A stretch of DNA of 64,000 nucleotides from Mobula hypostoma (GCF_963921235.1 NC_086098.1:7006001-7070000); one strand, 5' to 3'; shown: positions 11,831 to 26,026, counted from the stretch's first letter. Notes: generated by a model from the sequence alone, not told the origin. A program made the numbers and translations.

Positions 11831-12725
11831 ATGACTCCACTAGGGGAGCAGCTGTTTCAGGAGGGCAGTGGAAAAGATCTCTTGTGCTGTTTTAAAATTC
11901 CTTATCTAGATTAGAACATAATGTTTTCTCTCTCTACTCTAATTTCTGCTATGCCGATGGTGTTTAGACCAGCAATGAATGTCCTTCAATCCCTGCTGGC
12001 GTTCAGGACTTCTTCATCATGTCAGTCGTTCGGTTTTCACAATAAGATGATGAGAGGCATTGATTGTGTGGATAGCCAGAGGCTTTTCCCCAGGGTTGAA
12101 ATGGCTGACATGAGGGGATAGAGCTTTAAGATGCTTGGAAGTAGGTACAAGGGGGATGTCAGAGGTATGTTTCTCACACACAGAATGGTGGGTGTGTGGA
12201 ATACACTGCCAGTGAAGGTGGTGGAGGTGGATACGATAGGGTCTTTTAAGAGACCCTCAGATAGGTACATGGAGCTCAGAAAAATAGAGGGCTGTGCAGT
12301 AGGGAAATTCCAGGCAGTTTCTAGAGTAGGTTACATGGTCAGCACAACATTATGGGCCAAAGGGCCTGTAATGTGCTGTAGGTTTTTTATGGTCTGTGTT
12401 CTAACTGTGAATCATGCAAGCCCTGGGCAGAGACTTAGCAATACTGTCAAACTCAGACGTAGAAAGATTCTTCATTACTGTTTTCATAACAGATTGGTTT
12501 GACCAGTCAGGGTTGTTAGCCTTTAGCTGAACCCCCAAACCTGGAGGACCAGTGAACCATTCTTAGTCTGGCCTCTAACCTTTGACCTGTTTGGCATGGG
12601 TGACCCTACCAAGAACCAAAGCACAAAGCCCTGACTCCAGCCAACATTGCTCTCTGTGTCATTGAGGCACGCAAGCTTCCAAACCCTACAATAATGTTGT
12701 GGTCGTCTTGGAGGACAGAATGTTC

Positions 12726-13215
12726 TCAGTGGCCTTTTTATTAGCTACATGTACACATCTGCTCATTAATGCAAATATCTAATCAGCCAATCATGGGGCA
12801 GCAACTCAATGCACAAAAGCATAAAATGCATAAAAGACATGGTCAGAAAAGTCAGTTGTTGTTCAGACCAAGCATCAGATTGGGGAAGAAATTTAATCTA
12901 GGTGACTTTGACCATGGAATAGTTGTTGGTGCCAGATGGGGAGGTTTGAGTATCTCAGAAACTGTTGATCTCCTGGGATTTTCATGCACAACAGTCTCTA
13001 GAGCAGGGACTTTCAAACTGAGATCCATGAACCCCTCAGTAAGGGCCTAAGCAACCCACATCAAAGTTGCTGGTGAACGCAGCAGGCCAGGCAGCATCTC
13101 TAGGAAGAGGTACAGTCAACGTTTCAGTCTGAGACCCTTCGCATAGGCTACAGCAGCAGAAGCCCATGAATATACATGAATATAAAGTGGCCACTTTATC
13201 AGCCACAGGAGCGTA
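12726..13215 (+). mobile_element. Tc1 derivative (same family as 4369) with nested hAT MITE and Penelope fragment
   Basis: TIR CTCAGTGGCC.TTTTATTAG and HTH peptide in ORF 12769-13050; MITE starts at 13004 after CTCTAGAG; Penelope-type repeat at 13049-13141. Confidence 0.75.
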
Positions 13216-15198
13216 GATACTTTTAAGTATCATTATATTACAGGTAAGGAGGAAAGGAATTTACAAATATGACGGTACCGCCATAACAGGAGAAAGATTT
13301 GTGAAAGGTAAAGATGATTTACCAGGATGCTACCTGGATTGGAAAGCACATCTTATGAGGAAAGATTGAGCGAGTTTGGGCTTTTCTCTTTGGAGTGAAG
13401 GATAAGATGTAACTTGATAGAGAGAGCAGAGTGGTAGCGTAGTGGTTAGCCCAACACTACTCAGTACAGGTGAGCTGGGTTCGTGTCCTGCCACCACCTG
13501 TAATGAGATTATACATTCTCCCCGTGATCTCATGGGTTTCCTTTGGGTGCTCTATTGCACCCACATTCCAAAGACGTACCAGTAAGTAGGTTAAGTGGTC
13601 AATGTAAATTGTCCCATGATTAGGCTAGGATTGAATTGGGGAGTTGCTGGGCGGGGTGGTTTGAAGGGCCGGAAGGATCTATTCTACACTGTACCTCAAT
13701 AAACAAACTGTACAAGATGATAAGAGGCACAGATCGAGTGGACAGGCAGAGGCTGACTCCCAGGGCGAAATGGCTAATAACAAAGCTGCATAAGTTTAAG
13801 GTGATTGGGGGAGAGTGTAAAGAGAATGTCAGAGGTAGCTATTTTACACAGAGGATGGTGGGTGCATGCAAACCCTACCAGGGACGGTGATACATTACCA
13901 ACATTTAAGATTCTCCGAGGTAGGCATGTGGACGGAAGAAAAATAGAGGGTTATGTAGGAGAGAAGTGACTGACTGGCTTTAAATTAGATTAAAAGGTCA
14001 GCACGACATTGTGGGCCAGAGAGCCTATATTGTGCTGCACTGTTCTATGTTCTATATAATTTTGTAAACATAAATATAGCAACCAGTTGGTCTGAATAGT
14101 TTGTTTTTTGCACTGTAACTTCCATGTAATTCTACATAATACTGCTAGATAAGATTTCTTTTAATACAAAACTACTTTAAATTAAGGAAATTTAGACTTA
14201 ATTTCACTAGTTCCAGTTATACATGAACCAGGCTAACTCCCTGATTGTGTTTCTGCTGTGGTGTAACTTTTTGTCTGCTTAGTTGGAGGTGAATACCCTG
14301 ACAAGAGGCAATAAGAAGGCACAATGTCATGGCTAGATCACCAGCCTAATCCTAGGAGTCGGGAACCACCTCCCTCTCCCCTCAGGACCGTGAAAATAGG
14401 ATTATTATTTATCGCATTGTTCGATCGAGTTAAAAGCATCTTAGACTGCACACCGTGATTTGATCAAAGACACCTCCTTATAACTCGGCTGATTGATGTT
14501 GCTTCTTAACTCTGCTGAAGGTATAAAGTGCAAGTGTGATGAGTTGCTCTGTTTGAGAATTGCTGCCAGTCCGCCTGTCAGATTGTCCTACTCGTGTTAA
14601 TCAACCCTTCGTCAGGGATTGAGCTAGGTGTCACCCTGGGACCTGTATCTCTCCATTCTCATTGATCGCAGTTTCTTTGCCAACAGATCAAAGACTTCCT
14701 CTTTCTCCTCTTCAGTCTACTTTGCATAATAGCCCTCGAGATCACCTAATAAAACTTTTGCAACTTCTTGCGCGGACCAAGGCAATGCTCCAATTCCTCG
14801 TCATTCCTTGACGCGATTTATCTTCCTTTTCTTTGTACGGCCACACATTTGGCAGCGGGCGTCGCTGTCGAGTCTTGTATAGCAGGCGAGACGCTCGATC
14901 AAGCTTCATCAACTCCTTTCACTCGGCAACGCGGTGGCAAAGCGCCATGGTGTGGAAAATGCTCCTACGTCACCGAGGTGTAATGCACTGAAAGACTGCA
15001 GATGTCAACAGAATACATAAAATAACATTGCTTTGATTAAATATGAATGCATTCATGGCTGCGTGAATTTAAGAATATAACATACTTTAAGGTCATTTCA
15101 AGATTGTTTAATGTCATTTCCAGTACACAAGTGTGAAGGAGAATGAAATAATTCTTACTCTGGATCCGACACAGCACAAAAAACACAATAAGATAAAG

Positions 15199-15396
15199 GA
15201 AATGAGCAAACAGTTGATGTTTTGGGCCAGGACCCTTCTTCAGGTGTTCTCATTGATTGCAGCTTCTGACGAAAGGTCTCAGCTGAAACATCGACTGTTT
15301 ATTCGTTTCCTTAGATGCTGTCTGACCTGCTGAGGTCCTCCGACATTTTGTGTGTGTTACTCTGGATTTCCAGCATCGGCTGAATTTCTTTTGTTT
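15199..15396. mobile_element. Older fold-back Penelope-derived insertion with 14-bp TSD
   Basis: ACAATAAGATAAAG (15185-15198) and ACAGTAAGATAAAG (15397-15410); opposed hammerhead-like motifs inside. Confidence 0.7.
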
Positions 15397-15899
15397 ACAG
15401 TAAGATAAAGAACAAAATATAATTTTAAAAAAACACAACAGATGTAAATATATAGAAAAGTACAGCATAGAAACAGGCCCCGCAACACATCTAGTCCGCG
15501 CTAAATCATTTAAACTGCCTGCTCCCATCGACCTGCACCGGCACCATAGCCCTCCACACCCCATGTCCCTATCCAAATTTCTCGTAAACATTGAAATCGA
15601 GCTCGAATGCACCACTTGTGCTGGCAGCTCATTCAACACACTCTTGACCCTCTGAGTGAAGAAGTTTCCCCTTAAGCAAAGACCTCTGGTTGTAGACCCA
15701 CCCAAACTCGGTGGAAAAAGCCTGCTTTCATTTACCCTATCTATACCCCTCATGATTTTGTATACCTCGATCAAATCTCCTCTCAATCTTTTATATTAAA
15801 ACCACAATCTTACTGCTGGCATTGTAAAGTGACTTGTTAGCCGCTACACCACCGAGCTGCACTATCTATCAATATCTGTGGATTGAAGAGTTAACATTA

Positions 15900-16420
15900 A
15901 CTTGAGATTCTGTGGATGCTGGCGATCCAGAGCAACACACCGAAATGCTGGAGGGACTCAGCAAGTCAGGCAACATCTATGGAAAGGAATAAACAGTCAG
16001 CGGTTCAGGCCGAGACAGTTCTTCTGGAGAGGAAAGGAAGGGGGAAGATGCAGAATAAGAAGGTTGGAGGGAAAGGGAAGGAGGCTAGCTGGAAGGTGAT
16101 AGGTGAAGCCAGGTGGGTGCGAAAGGTCAAGAGCTGGAGAGGAAGGAATCTGATAAGAGAGGAGAGCCGACCATAGGAGAACGGGAAGGAGGAGGGGCAC
16201 CAGGGCAAGGGAATAGGCAGGTGAGAAGAGCAAAGAGTCCAGAGTGAAGAATAGAAGAGGGGAGGGGGAAAGAAACAATATTTTTATCAAAAGAGAAATC
16301 AAAATATTTATGCCATCAAGTTGGAGGTTATTCTTCCAACCTGAGGGTTCTTCCACCCTGAGGGTGGTTTCATCTTGGCACAAGAGGAGGCCATGGACTG
16401 ATATGTCAGAATGAGAATAA
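15900..16420 (-). mobile_element. Penelope-like 3' remnant
   Basis: YSHSDISVHGLLLCQDETTLRVEE...LQLDGINI peptide (ORF 15997-16563) joined to the common terminal repeat. Confidence 0.7.
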
Positions 16421-16984
16421 GAAGTCAAAACATCGAAAGATTTAGTCATGTTACGCACACTTACAGCTGTGTGACAATTGCACGACTGGTTACCCACTCT
16501 TGGTTTGAGAAGGAATCGTGATGAATCACAGGAAATACAGTCAGATTTGTCTGCCCTTTGCAAACATAGATTTTATTCTTGGAACTGGTATTCTTAACTA
16601 AGTCGGACTGGAATTAAAATGACAGCAGAAAGTGTTTTTGAACATAAATTTTGAATAACGTAAACTTGAGAAGACTGGTGGGCAGAAATTAAGATTCAAG
16701 ATTCTAGATTGTTTCGTGTCATTTCCAGTACATATTTGTAAAGGAGAACAAAATAATTGTTATTCCGGATCTGATGCAGCACCAAAAAAAAAGCACAATA
16801 AGATAATGAACACAATAATTAAAATAAACTCAATTCATACAGAAACACGAAAAAGTCTACAGATGCTGGAAATCCAGAGTAGCGCACACAAAATGCTGGA
16901 GGAACTCAGCAGACCATGCAGCATCTATGGAACTGAAATTTCAGGCTGAGACCCTTCTTTAGGACATCTAGATAAACTGTAACT

Positions 16985-17476
16985 AGGGGGCCTAAGAGTT
17001 TTGTACAGAGTGTAATAATTTTATGTATTGCACTGTACAGCTGCCGCAAAAAAAAACAATTTTTATGACTTGTGAGTGATGATACATCTGATTCTGATAT
17101 GGGTCTCTATTGTGGACTGAGAATGGGAAGGGTAAGGGAGAGGGTAATCATGGTTGGGAAAGGGGGAAGGTAGAGGGGAGGGAGCTACATTCTGTAATAA
17201 TCAATAAACCAATAGTTTGGAATCAAATGACCTTTCTTGGTGTCTGAGGGCTGGGTGTGTCTGCACCAGTGACACCCCCTGTCACTGGCACTCTTCCTCT
17301 GCCACCCGTCCCACACACCTCCCAGGGCACTCCACCTTCACCAGTCCCAACATCACTGGCACCCGCCAGATTCACAAACTCGCGCTCTGCTCCACGTTGA
17401 CAAATACAGTACTGTGTAAAAGTTTTTGGACCCGGCTATATACTGTGTGTGTGCCTAAGACTTTTGCACAGTACTG
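16985..17476 (+). mobile_element. Compound element: mini-MITE + about 400 bp cargo + mini-MITE
   Basis: Right mini-MITE 17407-17476 (CAGTACTGTG...CACAGTACTG, TA-flanked) and partial left one; cargo homologous to 23710-24080 and 32844-33379. Confidence 0.7.
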
Positions 17477-20400
17477 TATGAATACATTAGTAGTTTATAT
17501 CCACAGATTGATTGTATGCCCGTAAATGATACTAGGCACAGAAGTGTCTCTGACAGGAAATGATAAAGTAGTGGTGGTGATGGCATAATTAGAATCAGAA
17601 TCACTTTATTGCCAATATGTAAAACATACCAGAATTGATTGTGGTTCAGTGTCAAGCATAAAACATAGGATTATACCATAACAGACAACACAAAAGCAAC
17701 CAACGACGTACAAGACATCCATGAACAATTAACAATTAGAACGGTCACATGCATAAAGGTCAATCATCAAACTTAAATAAATGTGAAGATGTGAACAGAC
17801 TGGATAATTATGAACAGAACAAGGACAGCAGGAAAGACTAGTTAACAGATGATGTGCAGGGACAGTGAGACATTATACTGTGGTTGCAGCACAGAAAAAC
17901 CCTTTTGAGCTATCAAGGTTGTGCCAGCATTTTGTCAGAGCAGTCCAATTCTATTTCCTGGTTCTCTCCCATTGCTTTCCCTTGTATGAATTACTTTTGG
18001 TACTTGAAGAATTGATTTTTGAAAACCGCACATGCTACATAAAAATATTCTTCTCGGGCCTCTTTAGGCTTTGTTTGCCAATTACCGTGAATTTCTGATT
18101 CTAAGCCGTTCCACCAATAGAAGTTTCTCTTTATTTATTTTGTCTAGGTTTTTTTGTGATCTTGAGCTCTTCTGTCTGGTATGTGACCACAAGCAACATA
18201 TCATCCTCAGTTACCAGGCCACAAGTACAATGATTTTATTCTGTGGGGATGTGATGAGTCAACCACAGGAAACCATTGGGGGTGAATGGCTTTAGCTAAT
18301 GACTGAACAGCTGCCTCCTGTTTGCATCCCATGCCCACCGTGCACATAATCAATCACATATTGATTGATAAAATCTGCTGTCACTACCTGGACCGCCTGA
18401 CCATATTTGGCCAAATCAAAGGTGGTGATGACTCAGCACATAGGAGAGAGGTTTAAAATCTGTCTGAATGATGCCACATCAACCTCTCACTCAATGTCAG
18501 CAAAACCAAAGAGCTAATTGTTGACTACAGGAGGAGGAAACCAAATGTCCATGAGCCACAATCTGTGGACTCACTCTTTGGATTCTACAACTACTAGACA
18601 GGTATATGGAGGAATATAAGGTGGGGGGTTATATGGGAGGCAGGGTCTGAGAGTCGGCACAACATTGTGGTCTGAAGGGCCTGTAATGTGCTGTACTATT
18701 CTATGTTGTATGTTAACTTTTATTCTCCATATTTATTGTTTATTTATTATTATAATCATTATTTTCCTTTTTTTCTAATTTGTACGGTTTGTTGCCTTTT
18801 GCATCACGGTTCTTTGTCTTGTGCAGTTTCTTGTAGATTATATTGTGTCTCTTTGAATATACTGTGAATGTCTGTAAGAAAATGAATCTCAGGGTAGTAC
18901 GTGGTGACACACAGTGCGTATAGTTTGATAATAAATTTGCTTTGGGGTTTGATCTTTGACAAGCTCAGAAGTAATCAGGAGAGTTGACAAGATTCTCAAT
19001 GGTCTCATCCGCACCTTTGGAGAAAAATCTCTTCTCACCAGCTTGACTGAATTTTACAGGAGGAACATTGAGAGCATTCTGGCAAGTTGCAACTCCATAT
19101 GGCTGTAAGCAGCAGAGTGTCAGAGCAGAAGTCCCTACAAAAGGACTGTGAGAACTGCCAAGAGGATCATAGGGGTCTCACTACCATCCATCAGGGACAT
19201 TTACCAGGAGCGCTGCATATGCAGGACCCTAATTATTATCTAGGATCCCGCCCATTCATCCAGCATCCTGTTTGACTTTCTACCTTCAGGCAGGAGACCC
19301 CAATGCATAAAGACAAGAACGGTCAGGATGAGAAACAGTTTCTTCCCCCAAGCCATTAGACTTCTAAACTCCCTGCTGCATTGTATTCATAGTGTCACCT
19401 GTTAACTTGTTCTGTCCCCTACTGTGTTTAATTAATGCACTTTACTGTGTTTATTTATGCATAATTCATTGGTAGATTTAATTCTTACTTTCATAAGTTA
19501 TTATGTGTTATGTGTACCACTGTGCTTTACACCCTGGTCCAGAGGAACATTGTCTTGTTTGATGGTATACATGTACTGTATATAGTTAAATGACAATAAA
19601 CTTGACTTGCTGAGTAGTAGGAGCCAGGAACATGAAGGAAGAAGAAAGATGGTGATAGCTAGGCAGCCTCTTTCAACTTGAGCTGTCCAGAAAGAACTAA
19701 TCTCACTGCAAAGTCAAAATCATAATTGTATTCCCTCATTCTTCTTATACCCTCCCTTCTCTCTATCGTCACAATGTCTGCTGGGCAACGATGTCAATAT
19801 AAAACATTAGGGAAGAGTAGACATTCTCAACCATATTTGCAAATACATCACGTCATCCATATTGTTAGAAAGTTCTACCAATTATCCTTGAACATTCCCT
19901 TCTTGTCTCTATTCCAAGTACTTTGTTTGGCCTGCTGATTCCGGCTGGTTGCATTGCTACCCGGTACGGATGCTTGAATCTGTCAAGGACCCTCACCACC
20001 CAGGACATGTTCTCTTCTCATCACTACCATCATGGAGGGGCTTCAGGAGCCTGAAGACCCACGCTCAACGTTTTAAGAACAGCTTCTTCCACCCCGCCAT
20101 GCATTAACCCAATAATACTACCACATTATTTTTCTCTCTTGTAAATTTCACATTGTATAAGACAGTGATAATAAGTCTGAGATTTAAACCGATTCAGAAC
20201 GACATCCAGCCCACAGGGTAGTGATTATACAGACGTCAGCTCTAAACGTTTTCTGAACGTGTGTTGGATAAGCTTCCAGCTCATTTTGGAAAATGAAAAT
20301 CTCCCCCCTACTTAATATTCCTAGCAACAAGGTCTCTAATGCAGCATCTGAGAACCTTGGAACCAGTGCTTTCCCAGTTAATGCTAATCCTCTCAGTTTC

Positions 20401-21365
20401 CAAGGTCAAAATTCACTTCCTCCATGATAGATTGTACCAGCCTTTAAAATGTGCAGGTTAACTTCATGGCAGCCTGAGTGCAAACCACTCAGAATATTGA
20501 CCCTGCTGCTTATATTCAACAATCCACAACAAAAGATTTAAAGAAAAGGTGAGCTTTATTTGTCATACATACACTGAAACATGGAAACATAGAGTGGAAT
20601 GCATTGCTTGTGTCAACAACCAGGACAGTCCAAGTATGTGCTGGGGGCAGCCCACAAGTGTCGACACGCTTCCAGCGCCAACAGGGCATGCCCATGTGGT
20701 CATGGGGAGAATAGACAAACTCTTTCCAGACAGCAGCAGCAACTGAAGCTTGATTGCTGCAGCTATAGTGACATTATGCTAACTACCACACCACTTTGTC
20801 ACCAGTTTCATACAGGAGCCACTTTTGTTTTTGCAAAATGGCTGGTGGTAGATCATGTGCTCATGATGTTATGAGGGTAGCTGGTGGGCCCCATACCCTG
20901 GTGTGTTAGGGACATGCCTCTCCTAGCTGCGAAGTCAGCCCCGGCAGACTGGGTGGGTGAGAGCCGACGGCCAGGAAGGTTGCTCTGCAAGGGCATGACA
21001 AGGCACAGAAGTCATGGTCATCTACTGAAAGCAAGGAAGACCCCAGTTTTGGTGACTTCTTGTACCACTGGACCTGGACATCCAAGGTCGAGAGAATGGA
21101 ACTGCCCCACTGCAGTGGGTTTTGCACTTTAAAAACTGCCCGCACAGGGGTTCCCAGTCATCAGCAGGCAACCACCAATCATGGCGTTACCACTACGTTC
21201 AACAAAACAAAGACAAAAGGTTGTGTAATGGAAACTGTACTGATATCTTTTTACACAGCCATTGCCACTCAAGACTACAAAATGCACATACAGAACAGAA
21301 AAAGTGAGCTAAAAGTGAAATTATAGTGTAAACTGTAGTGTAAATTATAGTGTAAAATTATAGTA

Positions 21366-21963
21366 TACTGGTCAAAGAACACTGAGGCTGTCTACAAGAA
21401 GGGTCAGAGCCGTCTCTATTTCCTGAGGAGACTGAGGTCCTCTAACATCTGCCGGACGATACTGAGGATGTTCTACGAGTCTGTGGTGGCCAGTGCTATC
21501 ATGTTTGCTGTTGTGCGCTGGGGCAGCAGGCTGAGGGTAGCAGACACCAACAGAATCAACAAACTCATTCGTAAGGCCAGTGATGTTGTGGGGATGGAAC
21601 TGGACTCTCTGACGGTGGTGTCTGAAGAGAGGATGCTGTCTAAGTTGCATGCCACCTTGGTCAATGTCTCCCATCCACTACATAATATACTGGGTGGGCA
21701 CGGGAGTACATTCAGCCAGAGACTCATTCCACCGAGATGCAACACAGAGCGTCATAGGAAGTCATTCCTGCCTGTGGCCATCAAACTTTACAACTCCTCC
21801 CTTGGAGGGTCAGACACCCTGAGCCGATAGGCTGGTCCTGGACTTATTTCCTGGCATAATTTACATATTACTATTTAACTATTTATGGTTTTATTATTAT
21901 TTATTATTTATGGTGCAACTGTAACGAAAACCAATTTCCCCCGGGATTAATAAAGTATGACTA
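21366..21963 (+). mobile_element. Rex1/Babar-like LINE 3' fragment (family A)
   Basis: KKGQSRLYFLRRLRS, ORF 21468-21830, and 3' UTR ending AATAAAGTATGACTA. Confidence 0.87.
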
Positions 21964-22477
21964 CCTACCTACTACCTACCTACCTAAGCACAAAGAAATT
22001 CTGTGGATGCTGGAAATACAGAGCAACGCACACAAAATGCTGGAGGAACTCAGCAGCTCAGGCAGCATCGATGGAGAGGAATAAAGAGCTGACGTTTCGG
22101 GCTCTGACTCTTCATCGGGACTTCTTATTCCTCTCCTAGGACTAAAGCACGGTACCATAGTAGTTCACAAAATGCTTTGCAGCGCCCAAGATCAGCAATC
22201 AGGGACCAATGTCCACACTGTGGTGAAGCAGTTTGTATGTCCCCCCATGTGGATGCTCCTCCCACATTCCAAAGATGTACAGGTTAGCATTAGGGTTAGT
22301 GAGTTGTGGACGTGCTATCTTGGCACCAGAGCCATGGTGACACTTGCAGACAGCCCCCAATGCATCCTCGAGCTGTGTTGATCATTAAGGCAAATGATAC
22401 ATTTCATGGTATGTTTCAATGTATGTGTGACAAATAAAGCTAATCTTTAGACACTTAGCAGCTAACACGGCCAGTTA

Positions 22478-23014
22478 CCACTTTATTAGGTACACCCGTT
22501 CATTAATGCAAATATCCATTCAGCCAATCATGGAGCAGCAATTCAGTGCAGAAAAGCATACAGACATGGTCAAGAGGTTCAGTTGTTGCTCAGACCAAAC
22601 ATCAGAATGGGGAGGAAATATGAACTAACTGACTTTGACTTTGGAATGATTGTTGGTGCCAGATGGGGTAGTTTGAGTATCTCCTGGGATTTTGATGCAC
22701 AACAGAATTTAGAGTTTACAGAGAACGGTGTGAAATCAAAAATAAAACATCTGGTGAGTGACAGTTCTGTGGACGAAAACATGTTGTTAATGAGAGAGGT
22801 CAGAGTGGAAAGGTCAGACTGGTTCAAGCTGACAGGAAGGTGACAGTAACTCATATAACCACACATTACAACAGTGGTGTGCAGAAGAGTGTTTCTGAAA
22901 GCACAACACGTCGAGCCTTGAAGTAGATGGGCTACAGCAGCAAAAGATCATGGACATACACTCAGTTTCCACACTATTAGTACAGGAGGTAGCTAATAAA
23001 TTATTCACTGAGTG
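22478..23014 (+). mobile_element. Tc1 derivative
   Basis: CCACTTTATTAG start, HTH peptide in ORF 22583-22843, CACTGAGTG end. Confidence 0.8.
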
Positions 23015-23380
23015 TGGGCTCCCACTAATATTTCTCTTGATTTTTTGAACTATTTGTTTGTGTGTGTCTTTGACACAAGCAGCATCTGTGAATGTCAGCT
23101 CAGTCAATCCCAGGTGAGCAGACAGTCTTTCAGCCAGAAATAGAAATGAACCACAAAGCACAAGCCTTGTCACATTATGTGTAAAAAAAAATTCTTGACG
23201 TTTATCAAAGAAAGACTCCATCATCATCCGAAATTTTATTTTCTAGCTCACTGATCCACTGCTGACTGGAGAGAGAAAAATGTGGATTCTTTCAGTGTGT
23301 TTCAGTGTCTGGTCTGTGTGTGCAGCTACTGACTGAATGAAATGCCTTCACTTTCTTCCGGAATGTTGCCTCATTCAACT

Positions 23381-23602
23381 TCTGAGAAATTCATTATTAT
23401 CCTACAACAGAAACTAAACAGCAAGTACGAGGCAGTGTCACAATCATCTAGCCTTCTGAGATATTCATTATTATCTTACAACAGAGTCTAGGCAGCAAGT
23501 ACAAGGCAGAATCACAATCATCTGGCTTTCTGAGAAATTCATTATTATCTTACAACAGAGTCCAGGCAGCAAGTATGAGGCAGAGTCACAATAATCTAGC
23601 TT
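23381..23602. repeat. Tandem repeat, 3 x 74 bp
   Basis: Units start TCTGAGA(A/T)ATTCATTATTATC at 23381, 23455 and 23529. Confidence 0.9.
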
Positions 23603-24200
23603 TCCAATATGATTCATACGAGGATCCTAATTTTAAGGAGATTGCAGAACAGTATAGAGGTGATAATATGCACAGATTAGTCCATAACCAGGAACTTTTT
23701 CCCAGGGTCTCTATTGCGAACTGAGCAGGGGAAAGGGGCAGGGAGAGGGGAATCATGGTTGGGAGAAAGGGGAAGGAAGAGGAGAGGGAGTGGGGAGCAC
23801 CAGAGAGACATTCTGTAATGGTCAGCAAACCAATTGCTTGGAATCAAATAAACTAGCCTGGTGTCTCAGGGCTGGGTGTGCCTGCTGTCACCCTTGCCAC
23901 CGCCCCGGGCACTCCTCTGCCACCTGTACCACACCCCTCCTACGGCACTCCACCCTCGCCATTCCTAACGTCCTTCGCTTCCCCCAGATTTACAAACTCA
24001 CTCTCCACTCCACATCGACAAATACAGTACCTTGCAAAAGTCTCAGGCACGCTAGCTATATACATGGGCACAGTGCTGTACCCCTGTGCTGCTGTGTGCT
24101 GAGCGTGTTACCAAAATATTTCACTGACTGAAGAAGAATAATGATAAAGTATCTTGCATTCACAGGTCAACGCATGTTCAGGTAACTCTGTGAAACAGAA

Positions 24201-24426
24201 GTAACGCACAAAGTGCTGAAGAAACTCAGCAGGCCAGGCAGCATCTATGGAAAAAAAAGTACAGTCAAAGTTTCGAGCTGAAATCTTAAAGCAGGACTGC
24301 CGAAGGTTCTCAGTCCGAAACGTCGACTTTACTCTTCTCCATGGATGCATACTAGACTGCTGAGTTCCTCCACCATTTTGTGTGTCTTGCTCAGATTTCC
24401 AGCATCTGCAGATCCTCTCTTGTTTG
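24201..24426. mobile_element. Fold-back Penelope-derived element with 14-bp TSD
   Basis: TCTGTGAAACAGAA (24187-24200) and TCTCTGAAACAGAA (24427-24440); inverted arms. Confidence 0.8.
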
Positions 24427-25595
24427 TCTCTGAAACAGAAAATTCTTTGGAAGTGCTCAGAATCAGAATTACTTTATTGTCACAGACATATGCTGTGAAA
24501 TGTGTTGCTTTGTGGTAGTAGTAGCAATGCATTAAAAAAATTACTGTAAGTTAAATGAGAATACACAAAAAATAAACAGTGCAAATTGAGAGTAAAATAG
24601 TGTGATAGTTCATGGGTGCATGGACTGTTCAGAATTTTGATGGTATTCAGAAGTCTATAGTGTTTGTTGCTCACCTTTAGTTCCCTTTTGTCTGAATACT
24701 GTTGCTTGCTTTTATTGTTTGCACGATTTGTGTGTGTTTTTCTCTCTCTGTTCATTGGGTGTTTGTTGGTCTTTTTCAATGGGTTCTTTCGGGCTACTTG
24801 TTTTGTGTTTTACTTCAGGTTTCTGTTAATCGCAAAATTTGGCTTTTGTAGACTAATGAAGTCACATGCACTGTTAAATTATGTCCATGTGACAAAGATT
24901 GGACTTACTCATTTTTAGTGTTAAGGATTAATGACTAAAACTTAAAAGTACACCAGGACAGTTTTGGAAGATCTAGCCTGTCTTGACAACATCTGAATGA
25001 TGGACTCACTGACTGGCCTCACATATACGGGGTGGACCAAACTTCAGAAACTGCAGGTCAGGTTACTCCAAAGCTTTTAAAATTGTGCAAAGCTGTAATA
25101 TAAACAGTATTGACTTGCATCAGATTTTCATTTGGAAATATGGTGCTTCTTTTAGGAAGTACAAGTCAATTGGAAATGACTGAAATGTAATCTGTACAGG
25201 TAGGTTAATACTCACTTGTATAAGATATCAATTCAAAGGTTCAAAAGTTCAAGGGTCCATTTATTATCAAAGTGTACAACTTGAAATCCTTCTTCTCCAG
25301 CTAGCCAAAAAAACCAAGGAAGAAAAGAAAGGCAGCACGATCCTCAATCCTCCCCCTCCCTGCACAAGAAAACAAACACAAACGGAACAGGCACATCAAC
25401 ACCCAAATCCTTCCTCCTGCAAAAATAAAAAAACGGTCCCTCATCGAACAATGGAAGTTTTAATCAGCGAAATGGAGTTGAACGCGACTTGCCCTCCATC
25501 CCGCAGGGTTCTTGCCACAAGGTTCCTGCAAAACGCAGTCTTTGCCTCCCGGAATCCTCTCGGAGACCGCAGAGCACAGAAGCATCTAAACATAT

Positions 25596-25829
25596 TGATG
25601 CACCATCAATAACTCCAAAAGACTGGAAGTAGAGTAAATACTGAAAGGCTTTTATTATCAGTAAAATGTGACCTCCATCATGCTGAGTATCTGCCCCTGG
25701 ACTAAGAGGAGGAGCCATGGCCCAATGGCCTTTATTCAGGGGTCTGTGGGAAGAGCCACAGGGGCAGTCAGCAGAGGGGCGTGTCCAGACAGGTAACCCA
25801 GTTACAACCTATATACATGGTTTACCACA
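25596..25829 (-). mobile_element. Solo LTR (234 bp)
   Basis: TG...CA termini (minus strand TGTGGTAAACC...GCATCA), minus-strand AATAAA signals, 5-bp flanks CATAT/CATCT; interrupts a repeat unit of the surrounding element. Confidence 0.7.
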
Positions 25830-26026
25830 CATCTCCAAGCATCCACATTCGCCTTGATGTTTCAATCTCCCTCAGCAGTTTAATCGGCGCACAATGGAAG
25901 CTTTAAATGGCGAAATGAAATTGAACATCATCCCGCAGCCTGCCCGCCATGAGGTTCCTGCACACTGCCTCTGCCTCTCAGAGACTGCAGAGTGCTAGAA
26001 CACCAAATGATCTCCAAACTACATAT

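Noticed and set aside
23381..23602. Repeat array as CRISPR
   Set aside because: Contiguous 74-bp units with no unique spacers; eukaryotic context; no cas genes.
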